From assembly GCA_040954595.2 (NCBI GenBank), contig CM082598.2:5347097-5411096 (forward strand): a stretch of 64,000 nt of DNA. The letters are read 5' to 3'. Positions 56,701 to 64,000 of this stretch are shown here, one piece after another. Below the pieces are notes generated by a model. The model ran no database searches, was not told the DNA's origin, and saw only the letters and a program-made list of their open reading frames with translations. Both the position numbers and the translations under genes were made by a program. Within the stretch, counting starts at the first letter, position 1, and each line of letters starts with the position of its first letter. This stretch comes from Balanoglossus misakiensis (Eukaryota > Animalia > Hemichordata).

Positions 56701-58017
56701 ATTGCCCCCGCTGTCACTAGCACCAGGCCTATCACCACCAGTACCACCACCTACATCATCAGTACCACCGTAACCATCATGAAAGTCATTGCCGCCAACA
56801 GTATCATTGCTATCATCCCTGGTGCCACCTTCATGACCACCATTACCACCACCACTACCACCACCATTACCACCACCACTACCACCATCTTGGCCATGAT
56901 CACCATCTTCATCGCCATCATCATCATCCTCATTTTCTTTTTCCTCCTTCTCCTCCTCCTCCTCCTCATCATCATCATCATCCACATCACTAGCATCTTC
57001 ATGATCATAACCGCAACCATTACTACCATCATCATCATTATCCCGGTCTGCACTAACAGGAACAATAGTTTCTCCAGTCTGTCTGTCATCTCTGCTCTGT
57101 CCACCGTCGTCATCTGCAATCTTCCCACCATCTCCTATCTTCCCACCATCTCCATCTCCAATCACATGTTCCTTAAACACTGGCTCCACACACGGTTCAG
57201 CACTACCACAACTCCTCAGCTGACTCAGCGCCTGAATCGCTTCCATTCTGCACCTCTCTTTGATTCCCACGTACTCTGTGAAATCCAGATCCAACTTGGG
57301 GAAACTAATTTTCTTCATGAATTCTTCAATATTTTTAGGTCCACTGTGACTTTCTCTTGGTTTCCTTGGAAGTGAATATGGTCTGCCATCCCACATTGAT
57401 ATTTTTGTCTTCTGCACTTCACCAATGTCTGGCTTCATAACATTAGATTCCTCATTCCCACATGCCACACCCTCATTTCCCGCTTTTTCACTTTCATTGA
57501 TTTTGTCACCCTGGTCTGCTGCAGTCTTCGGCTTCCAGCTTCTCAAGAACCCAGTCCCGAAGACAGGTAAAGATGGCTTGATATGTTCCAAGTCGTATCT
57601 GATATCACCTCTGACTTGGCGATACTCTGGCCCCTGGGTTTTGCATCTATAAGCCTCAAAAACCGAATCTTTTATTTCTGTGTGCGACTCATGGACCTGT
57701 ACATGTATGTCTGTTCCACTATCATCAGTTCTCTCTTGTACCCGTTGTACCTGTATGTCTGTTCCACTATCAGCAGTTACTTGTTGTTGGCCTGGCACCT
57801 CTCGGCACAGAGCATCTTCTGACGGATAACACTCAGGTGTACTGGATACATGTGATACAACAGGGTTCTCATTGGAATCTAGATGGACCATTTTCTTATT
57901 CCTGGGTAGTGGTGCCAGTATACTATGAGAAACCTCCGGTTGCATGCCGCATAACTCTGTTGACTTGCTTGACTGCGCCAACCTGGTGACAACTTCAACA
58001 CTGCTTTCCTCGGACAT
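26557..58017 (-). CDS. LRMP: IRAG/LRMP (Jaw1/MRVI1)-family coiled-coil, tail-anchored KASH protein; spliced model of ~1642 aa from 13 coding exons
   Basis: Exons 58017-54637, 53357-53131, 40365-40194, 39698-39567, 38905-38808, 38631-38588, 38420-38368, 35623-35555, 34260-34177, 28654-28491, 27903-27757, 27303-27178, 26788-26557 join with matching phases and AG/GT(GC) ends. Family motifs recognised: [76 protein letters not shown], TM + KASH tail. Confidence 0.9.
26804..27070 (+). mobile_element. 3' remnant of the same HINE family with an expanded (TACA)n, interrupted by a hammerhead-bearing insert
   Basis: CAAATATCAAGGTGATA..CAAGTTTT..GTGGA matches ~23162-23213; (TACA)n ~26958-27053; terminal AGGTCCCATGGGCCT hairpin. 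Confidence 0.65.
26871..26923 (+). ncRNA. Minimal type I hammerhead ribozyme
   Basis: Stem I TAGTCTC(26871-77)/GCGATTA(26917-23) with one mismatch and one G-U; core CTGATGA 26878-84; perfect 7-bp stem II GTGAGTC-CAGT-GACTCAC; GAAA 26903-06; short stem III ACAA-TT-TTGT; GUA triplet, predicted cleavage after 26916. Confidence 0.8.
27178..27303 (-). CDS. LRMP: LRMP/IRAG exon (YEQGVRSQVSRDLGSLREQQKVFCDNLEELMDSADEDLDPEL)
   Basis: Acceptor ctcccgtag, donor GTAAGT, phase 2 to 2; completes [12 protein letters not shown]. Confidence 0.85.
27757..27903 (-). CDS. LRMP: LRMP/IRAG exon ([31 protein letters not shown])
   Basis: Long pyrimidine tract plus tag, donor GTGAGT, 147 nt, phase 2 to 2. Confidence 0.85.
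28031..28241. mobile_element. TA-flanked MITE family A (~210 bp, TIR CTGTAAAACACTTTATTTTCGCGAG)
   Basis: TA-CTGTAAAACAC..GTGTTTTACAG-TA; about 12 copies in the window. Confidence 0.9.
28491..28654 (-). CDS. LRMP: LRMP/IRAG exon (DARSRFTQAITT..GGRRASAAPDF..EDEKSLK)
   Basis: Acceptor ttctgcag, donor GTTTGT, 164 nt, phase 0 to 2; lies inside ORF 28349..28825. Confidence 0.8.
28822..29005. mobile_element. Foldback element
   Basis: Perfect 16-bp terminal inverted arms ACACATATTGACTGGC/GCCAGTCAATATGTGT and nested arms (GCATACGTCT/AGACGTATGC, TGTGAGTCAC/GTGACTCACA). Confidence 0.6.
30205..30384. mobile_element. TA-flanked Tigger/pogo-type MITE
   Basis: TA-CAGTAAAACTTGTCTAAACC...GGTTTAGACAGGTTTACTG-TA. 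Confidence 0.75.
30962..31304. mobile_element. TTAA-flanked MITE family B (Kolobok-like, AGGGACAAAG ends)
   Basis: TTAA-AGGGACAAAG..TTCCT-TTAA; internal sequence shared with 37031, 39837, 40805, 43111 and 62838 copies. Confidence 0.8.
32194..32407. mobile_element. MITE family A copy
   Basis: Aligns by eye with 28031-28241; left TIR degenerate. Confidence 0.85.
33691..33899. mobile_element. MITE family A copy
   Basis: Aligns with 28031-28241. Confidence 0.85.
34177..34260 (-). CDS. LRMP: Probable cassette exon (FSSRPLLTSSKTTDSLSQSLNLPSSHSE)
   Basis: Acceptor gtaacag, donor GAG|GTGAGA, 84 nt, phase 0 to 0, open frame; no family motif. Confidence 0.6.
34341..34636 (-). mobile_element. tRNA-derived SINE, 5'-truncated
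   Basis: B box GGTTCGAACC at ~34624-34633; TGTGTC..CAAGGCA..TTAC and GATGGGTACC body motifs; 3' end GTAAAGCGCATTGAG..TGCTATATAAG followed by an (ATT)n-like tail. Confidence 0.7.
35181..35478. mobile_element. MITE with AGGCC termini and internal CCTACCCTA repeats
   Basis: TAGGCCAAAATAAAAAAATATGTGCTG...CAGCACATATTATTTTCTGGGCCTTA inverted ends. Confidence 0.6.
35555..35623 (-). CDS. LRMP: LRMP/IRAG exon ([23 protein letters not shown])
   Basis: Donor GTAAGT; acceptor aag after an upstream T-tract; 69 nt, phase 0 to 0; RRRASVA matches the IRAG RRRVSVA motif. Confidence 0.8.
35917..36226. mobile_element. TTAA-flanked MITE family D
   Basis: TTAA-AGC..TAGCTCGTCTCAC..GTGAGACAAGCTA..GCT-TTAA; near-identical copy at 45641-45954. 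Confidence 0.85.
37031..37394. mobile_element. MITE family B copy with long (>100 bp) inverted arms
   Basis: TTAA ends; long inverted terminal segments. Confidence 0.85.
37899..38111. mobile_element. MITE family A copy
   Basis: TA-CTGTAAAA..TTTTACAG-TA. Confidence 0.9.
38246..38336. mobile_element. Small piggyBac-like MITE
   Basis: TTAA-CCCTTTCACC..GGTGAAAGGG-TT; diverged reverse copy at ~36485-36564. Confidence 0.55.
38368..38420 (-). CDS. LRMP: LRMP/IRAG exon (GELDSRLTKRSMSIAGNK)
   Basis: Acceptor ccaacag, donor GTGAGA, 53 nt, phase 1 to 0; RSMS family motif. Confidence 0.85.
38588..38631 (-). CDS. LRMP: LRMP/IRAG exon (KLLQENRLLRQTTD)
   Basis: Acceptor tttttcag, donor GTGAGT, 44 nt, phase 2 to 1. 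Confidence 0.85.
38808..38905 (-). CDS. LRMP: IRAG coiled-coil exon ([33 protein letters not shown])
   Basis: Acceptor cttgcag, donor GTTAGT, 98 nt, phase 0 to 2; strongest family signature. Confidence 0.93.
39320..39531. mobile_element. MITE family A variant, reverse orientation
   Basis: GTAAAACGGG..TTTTACAG-TA; related to 51403-51610 and 59612-59825. Confidence 0.8.
39567..39698 (-). CDS. LRMP: IRAG coiled-coil exon ([21 protein letters not shown]) with GC donor
   Basis: Acceptor ctacag, donor CAG|GCAAGT, 132 nt, phase 0 to 0. Confidence 0.9.
39837..40170. mobile_element. MITE family B copy
   Basis: TTAA-AGGGACAAAG..CTTTGTCCCT. Confidence 0.85.
40194..40365 (-). CDS. LRMP: IRAG coiled-coil exon ([38 protein letters not shown])
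   Basis: Acceptor attccag, donor GTACAA, 172 nt, phase 2 to 0. Confidence 0.93.
40805..41145. mobile_element. MITE family B copy
   Basis: TTAA ends, long inverted arms. Confidence 0.85.
41443..41522. repeat. (CATT/CATC)n microsatellite
   Basis: Direct reading. Confidence 0.9.
43111..43454. mobile_element. MITE family B copy
   Basis: AGGGAC..GTCCCT-TTAA. Confidence 0.85.
43823..43860 (-). CDS. LRMP: Candidate alternative first coding exon (MKRLLERFQQEQ)
   Basis: ACCATG context, in-frame TAG upstream, donor AG|GTGAGT in phase 2, which matches exon 40365. Confidence 0.55.
45641..45954. mobile_element. MITE family D copy
   Basis: Near-identical to 35917-36226; TTAA ends. Confidence 0.85.
46061..46272. 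mobile_element. MITE family A copy
   Basis: TA-CTGTAAAAC..GTTTTACAG-TA. Confidence 0.9.
46690..46901. mobile_element. MITE family A copy, opposite orientation
   Basis: TA-CCGTAAAACAC..GTGTTTTACAG-TA; body is the reverse complement of the 28031 copy. Confidence 0.9.
47496..47666. mobile_element. MITE family A copy with internal deletion
   Basis: Both TIRs present, ~40 bp shorter. Confidence 0.85.
48021..48104. mobile_element. MITE family B, single-end fragment
   Basis: ACATGTAGAATAACA..CTTTGTTCCT-TTAA. Confidence 0.75.
51403..51610. mobile_element. MITE family A variant
   Basis: TA-CTGTAAAACGGGTTATTTTCGCGA..TCGCGAAAATAACCTGTTTTACAG-TA. Confidence 0.85.
52677..53110. mobile_element. Foldback element with repeated CTCACAC/GTGTGAG motifs
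   Basis: Inverted arms 52944-~52990 and ~53038-53085 (CCAAGGACCTGGGATC/GATCCCAGGTCCTTGG); boundaries approximate. Confidence 0.55.
53131..53357 (-). CDS. LRMP: LRMP/IRAG exon (ENKLQKKRDLKFRMPEL..TLTDNMLKSLGVTRKVQK)
   Basis: Acceptor gttgcag, donor AG|GTGAGC, 227 nt, phase 0 to 2; coding-like composition. Confidence 0.85.
53409..53831. mobile_element. TTAA-flanked MITE (GGATGTAC TIR)
   Basis: TTAA-GGATGTAC..GTACATCC-TTAA. Confidence 0.75.
54165..54457. mobile_element. Truncated family G MITE abutting a truncated family B MITE
   Basis: G left end at 54165; B left end TTAA-AGGGACAAAG at 54248; both lack right ends. Confidence 0.75.
54637..58017 (-). CDS. LRMP: Giant 3381-nt coding exon (1127 aa, acidic, Gly/Asp/Glu low-complexity), probable first coding exon of a long isoform
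   Basis: Uninterrupted ORF; AACATG with in-frame TGA 12 nt upstream; donor CAG|GTATCT in phase 0 matches exon 53357. The last ~59 codons of the ORF-track entry are intron read-through. Confidence 0.75.
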
Positions 58018-59303
58018 GTTTCTCTCTCACCTTGAAGAGATTTGTAATAATTATCCCCCGAGTCCTTGGTGTGTTGTTATCGCGCCAAGGAATCAGTCGC
58101 ACCCACTACTGTGGTTCTCCTTTCAGTCGAATTCCCGAGTGTATCAGCAATAAACGTTTCGGAATACAATGCAAGTTGCGTCCAGCGTACAGTTCCTGAA
58201 CAAGATGCGTGTGCACACAGAACATCAAGATAAAATACTGTGGAGGTTTTTAAAGCACTTCACAACAAAGACAGGCCAGTGACTCTAATACACAGACAGC
58301 AATTGTACTCTACTTCTGAGGGTATATTATCTTCACATTTAAATGCATGTAGGCTATGCTGTACTTAATACTTATCAATCCCATGTAATCAATTGCTTGC
58401 CATTCATTAGCTTGACCTCAAGAGCAAAGGTTATGAAGTTCCATCAATGGTTCACCACAACCAGTGTATATCACAGCCCACAATTTATTTCTTCCATAGA
58501 AACTCCACAAAGAGTTGGACCTCACCGCCGCAAATGTTGGCGGCTTGAATCTGGACGACGATTGGACTATTAATTTAAAATTGTCACAAAGATTCAATGG
58601 CGCTGACGTAGATGACCAAGTGGACTGTGATTTATGGAGTCCAGTGTTGTTTTCTGAAAGACATCAACTGTAGCCGCAGATCACTAGGAGGAGAAATTCC
58701 TCTTCCTATACAGCCACTGTTGTAGTCTCAATTCCACGCTTCAATTTCCAGCAACAAAGACCTATTGTTCAGTTAATGTATCCATTGTTCATGTCCCTGG
58801 CAGTACAAATCTCTTGACATCTACTTGTGGCAAAAAAACTCCAATGTCGATAACCTGAACATGAACTCCAAGACTGCAGCTGGTCGACGACTAAAACGTC
58901 ACATCAAGATTTCCAATTAATGGTTACCATAGCAATCAATCAATCGTCTTCAAGGTGTCAATCACCTGACAGGTTTTAAATTCCGTAAAAACTTGCTTGT
59001 AGTTGGTAAATTTCCTCCTCAAGACTCGTTAAGTGATGACAATCAATATCTTGAAGGGTGTAGTCCACTAATGTTTATCACAGCAGTGAATACAAACCAA
59101 AACGCTGGATAAACTCGGACATCGGTCCGTATAAATCAGAGAATCATCTCTCCAACTCGAAGATTCCTGTGGGAACCTGGAAACAAGGCAGGCCTTTTTT
59201 TTCACCAATGTGCAACGACCAGAAAATCACTTTAGGTACCGATTCACCCTCAATTAAACACAGCATATCTGGGCTTTTGGAAACACAGGCTTGCCATCTG
59301 ACT

Positions 59304-59548
59304 TGACTCAGTCACCCCTCTGCACACACTCAGGTCTGTTTAGAGTGTCCAGCAGCATTTAATCAAAATCACTGACGTCACTGTACTGTCCTATTTTTGA
59401 GAAAGGACCTTCATTAAATCCATACGAATAGGTCACCTTCACCTCGAACATGAGCGACGTCATTCTATTGTACTTTTTTTTGCACATCAAACCTCCACAT
59501 TAATTCATACACAGAATTTCACCTTCACCTGTGAAATCCGTGACGTCA
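59304..59548. promoter_or_regulatory. Cluster of CRE/AP-1 motifs, candidate upstream regulatory region
   Basis: TGACTCA 59304-10; TGACGTCA 59373-80 and 59541-48; GACGTCAT 59456-63; 1.3-1.5 kb upstream of the ATG at 58017. Confidence 0.35.
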
Positions 59549-59611
59549 TTGTATTCTCTGTTTTTTTTCACAACAAAACTCCACCCATGAAAAATATCCT
59601 CTGCTTTTAAA

Positions 59612-59825
59612 TACTGTAAAACAGGTTATTTTCGCGAGCAATAATTTTCGTGAAATACGCAAGAGCCAAAAAAAAACACGAAAATAAAAATTCGCGTAAA
59701 ATGTTTTTTCTAGATAACGATGCAGTAATTGAAATAAGAGCACACAAAAATTAATCCTTGCGTAATAGTTGCGTCTTTTGATATCGCGAAAATTTCATGT
59801 CGCAAAAATAACCCGTTTTACAGTA
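59612..59825. mobile_element. MITE family A variant
   Basis: TA-flanked TIRs. Confidence 0.85.
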
Positions 59826-60179
59826 TACTGCTTGTAGAATTCAGTATACTTCCAGAAGAGATTTAATCTTCTCAAACTTGGAATTGAGTGTGTAGATATT
59901 ATTCTGTCATTTGAAGAAACCTAGTTATTTGACTAGAAAGTTCAAGAAATGTAAATAGCCCTGAGAAGAACACTGCAGTGAAAAGAATTCCTGACCTGGT
60001 ATATAAATATTGTGAATGTCCTGTACCTAAGCACACCTGTTGTCTGATCACTTAAACCTCACTCGACCTCCTTTTACAAGGCAAGCAATGTGCAAACACC
60101 ACAGCTACAAAATCCCTTGAGAAAGGGCAAAAAAGCCAACTTGGTCAGCTCAATAGGCCTACATTGTACTCCAGAATAG

Positions 60180-60391
60180 TACTGTAAAACACTTTACTTT
60201 TGTGAGCAATAAATTTACGCGAAATACGCGAGAGCCAAAATAGCATGAAAATAAAAAGTCACGTAAATTGTTTTTGAAGATAACGATGCAGTGAATGAAA
60301 TAAGAGAACGCGAAAATTAATACTTGCAAAACAGTGGTCTCTCTCGATATTGCGAAAAATTTAACTCGCGAAAATAAAGTGTTTTACAATA
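60180..60391. mobile_element. MITE family A copy
   Basis: TA-CTGTAAAACAC..GTGTTTTACAA-TA. Confidence 0.88.
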
Positions 60392-60776
60392 TGTAGCACA
60401 CAGACTACTGAAGTATTCTTTGGAAAATAGAGCCAGTATGAGTCACATGAAACTGGTACAAAAAATTAACAGACATGCACATGGATGAGGGCTAAATAGG
60501 AATACGCATATTTCGATGATCATTTTTCACACTTGGTTTGTTCACAAGATGTGTTCAAATTCAAGATTTCTTCTATTGCTTTTAAAAGTATTCGTTTTTC
60601 ACCTATCCAGTACATTTTTACCAGTAACTCTTCTGATTTTCTCAGCATTTTTTTATTGTTTTTATAGAAATGCCCATGTCAACAATCATACTGACTAGAC
60701 GCAGTACACACACATATTGGATGGACACATATTACACACACACACACACCTCATCATGTGGTATATTACATGACTG

Positions 60777-60951
60777 TACAGTCAAACCTGTGTTAGTGGC
60801 CACCTCTATATAGTGGGCACTATGTTACAGTCCCTGTGCAACTTACATGTGCATTTATACCGTAGATCTCTCTATAAAGACCTGCACCTATCTACCGTAT
60901 AAAGTCCTATGAAAGTCCCTTGACTGTCCACTATAGACAGGTTCGACTGTA
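60777..60951. mobile_element. MITE family G copy
   Basis: TA-CAGTCAAACCTGT..ACAGGTTCGACTG-TA. Confidence 0.85.
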
Positions 60952-62335
60952 TTAGCATTACATGTATGTAATGGCCATGTTATCTGTGCTTTAATTGTTC
61001 TACTTATGACTTATCCTAACATCTATTATATGATCATGTCAAGTATTGAGTATAACCGAAAAGCTTTTTCACTGTGACAGCAGATAGTGTAGCTGATCAA
61101 CAACCCCAATGTTTGTGGTCTGTTATTGAAAGTTGTAAAGAAAGAAATGACAATAAAACATCTCAAGCGTAGAGGGCACTGGACTCTTCTGCTACTTAAG
61201 ATGGCTAAGAAGAAAAGGTTGAGGAATTTCAACTAAACAAACTGACCACAATGCAACTTGCCTGTGAGTGCATGACCTCACTTTAGAATAGTCATGATAT
61301 GCATCCAGTACAACTACAAGCAGTCCAAATCAGTGTTATCAATAAAAGCTCTATACTGACTATAGACACCCCCATGTACAATGTAGGTACATGTACATCT
61401 GTACATGGACTAATTATTAAGTTTGAAAGTAATATCACAGTGCATTATTATACCAACAATTGAAATCATATTGAAACACTTGTCTTCCCTAATGGCAGAT
61501 GTGTAAAAAAAATTAAATGCTCTCTATATTCAATACTGCAGTAAATCTCAGTTATGTTTTCTAGAAAACTACCCAACTTCAAGAGAATTAAAAACAGCAA
61601 AAAAATTTCACTTATATGATTTTTAATATTCTTTCAACAGAGTCAGACAAAATCAGAATATCAACATACACAGAGTGGATAACATGTTCAGGGGTCAGAG
61701 GTCACATGTACAGGGTTGGCATCCCACAAGAAAAAAATCTGGGAATTGTTTTTAATTATTATATCTGGCTTTTTTCATTCATTTCAAATATTGTAAATGT
61801 TAATAGATTTCCAACACTTTGGGCATGCCAGACGCTTATACTGGCTGTACATACATGTTTGTCACTGTCAATGGGTTTTTTAACTCCTATAGATTTAAAT
61901 AACAAACCAGTTTGTACAAACATAGACTATTTTAGAATAGCGCAAGAGAACAGCATCCCTGGTTCCACTGTGAACTGTAATCCAATTAGATAATCTAGGG
62001 CTTGTTTTATTAGCTAGGCAAATGAGATGTGATTAGAGTTAATTATATAATCCGCACAGTCAACTAGAATCTCAAGTAGGTGTAAATTGACCAAGTCTAT
62101 CATGTTCTCATTGAATGGTGCACTGTGCTCTGAGGAAGTTGAGAATTCTTTCATTCCGGCTTTACTTAGAATGTTGTTAAAATACTGGTAGGTGGAAAAC
62201 TATTAAAAGAGTCTGTACTAAACTTAACATTGTTGTTTTTAGACTGCAACAATCTAACATTTTGTTTTCACTTGAACAAATTTCTTCCGTAAACAGTATA
62301 GCATTAGTTCTTGAATAATGAATACATAAGGCATA

Positions 62336-62495
62336 TTAAAGGTATACGGTCACCTATTGAACATTAGCTATAGTTTAAACCATGGCAAATTGAAATCTAG
62401 CTAATCACACATTTTCAGTGGGTGGCACACGCGAAAAAAAGAGCGCCACCATATGTTCTTTAGAACGCTCATTTCAGGTGACTGTATACCTTTAA
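62336..62495. mobile_element. MITE family C copy
   Basis: TTAA-AGGTATACGGTCACCT..AGGTGACTGTATACCT-TTAA. Confidence 0.85.
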
Positions 62496-62837
62496 AACTT
62501 AAGCTAGAAAGATTTTACAATGAAGCAAATAGGGCAACTGATCTTTCATTCAATTTTCACTTTGAAGGCTAAATAAACATTTAGGCACCGGGTGATTTAC
62601 GGAGATCACTTTAAAACTTGTTACAAACTGAAAGGGTTGTAGCATGGCTGGTTTTCAAGACAAGTGGTACCTGGTACTTTAGAAATTCTCTTCAGAGAAG
62701 AATGAAATACCAGCGTGTGTTCATGCTTGACGTGTTATCGCCATTCTGTGCGTGATCAAATATTAAGCATATAATCAGATTTAAGGACATTGAAATGCTG
62801 TCATGATATGCGTATATAACAGACTAAAAGAACAGAT

Positions 62838-63111
62838 TTAAAAGGACAAAGTCTCTCTCGCTGCCTTTTTTCCATTAATTATGTTTGATACAAGACACCA
62901 TTTATGTTATTCTACATGTGGATATGTAGTGAATGAACATTCGACCACATACAACTTCCATCCCACTTGTAGACACGAGAGTGGAAAAACTTGCCCAAAA
63001 TGAATAATCAGTCTCTACCATTTATTCATTTTGGCGAGATGTTTACTCTCATATCCTACAAACCATAATTAATGGAAAAAGGCCTGCGAGAGAGAGACTT
63101 TGTCCCTTTAA
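62838..63111. mobile_element. MITE family B copy
   Basis: TTAA ends; internal deletion of one arm. Confidence 0.85.
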
Positions 63112-63387
63112 GATGATTAATGGCTAAACCAAGAGTATAGATATTGTTGTCTTCACACAATGCTCTGCGCTGTGGAGGTGAGACAGATTACACAACTTGA
63201 CAACTGCTAGGGCTTTGATGTGACTCCACTCTATTCCACTGCACAACAAACACTTTAAACACTTCAATACAGAAGCAATGCATAGGTACGGTATTTCAGC
63301 AGAGGGGGGATCTGAAAGTCCACACATGGCTTGGTTTTAACTCTGAATGGATATATATGCAAGGGGAAGCATTTTAACTGTCACAGA

Positions 63388-63570
63388 TTAAAGGTATACG
63401 GTCACCTCCAATTTACATACGCCCATATATGGCTGAAATGGCGTATTTGAGCGTTCTAAAGAACACATGGTGGCCCTCTTTTTTTCGCATGTGCCACCCA
63501 CTGAAAATCTGTGATTGGCTAGATCTCAATTTGCCATGGTAACTATAGACAATTTTCCGTATACCTTTAA
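63388..63570. mobile_element. MITE family C copy, reverse orientation
   Basis: TTAA-AGGTATACGG..CCGTATACCT-TTAA. Confidence 0.85.
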
Positions 63571-64000
63571 ATGACAAGTGGCTGATCAATTTTACCAACC
63601 GATATAAAACTAGCTCCACGTGTAATACCAGTATGCATGTAGGTAAATGTAAATATTTACCTGTATAAACCTGACCGTAGACTAATTCCAATGACGAGAA
63701 TCACCTTCATGCACCGCCACCACTTAAAGTAACCAACCACATGATCCACAGAACCCCAGGGTACTTCACAGTACACAATAATGGACTTCCAGGTTCAAAG
63801 CATAGGTCAGACTTTGCGCTATGATTAGAGAAAGACCGGCAAATCAAAGGTGGGACTGCAGCCTGATAAGAAGGGGTTGTTTATTTATTTACAATAGCGT
63901 GGGATGTGCCTGCTATTAATGTGGCCTGCCACGTTCTGTGAGTCAGTACCCAGTTGTTAGCGCTTTAATGGGGCACAAAGCATACAGTACATAACAATGT

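Noticed and set aside
55058-57822. Overlapping ORFs including the 367-aa plus-strand ORF at 56272
   Set aside because: Antisense or frame shadows of the low-complexity giant exon (poly-T/I/L, poly-M/V).
23310-64000. Autonomous transposon, tRNA or rRNA genes
   Set aside because: No transposase, RT or RepHel ORF seen; the only B box belongs to a truncated SINE without a cloverleaf.

Overview
Eukaryotic (AT-rich, MITE-rich, probably marine invertebrate deuterostome) genomic DNA in three zones. (1) 1-~20750: a highly homogeneous 88-bp tandem satellite (~236 copies, open at the left edge) with higher-order duplications. (2) ~20750-23310: a related 106-bp satellite (~18 copies), a short tail with a microsatellite and hairpin, and a Helentron-type non-autonomous element (HINE). 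(3) ~23310-64000: one multi-exon minus-strand gene of the IRAG/LRMP (Jaw1/MRVI1) family. I assembled 13 phase-compatible coding exons (58017 to 26557, ~1642 aa): a 3.4-kb acidic first exon, the IRAG coiled coil, two PKG/PKA-type sites and a C-terminal TM + KASH tail (..WSSLSEILWPYTSVRHSATPPL*). There are also candidate alternative first, mutually exclusive and terminal exons and a GC-AG intron. The introns carry many TA- and TTAA-flanked MITEs, a tRNA-derived SINE, long foldback elements and a minimal type I hammerhead ribozyme nested in a HINE remnant in the last intron. All calls were made by eye; family assignments come from remembered motifs, not database searches.
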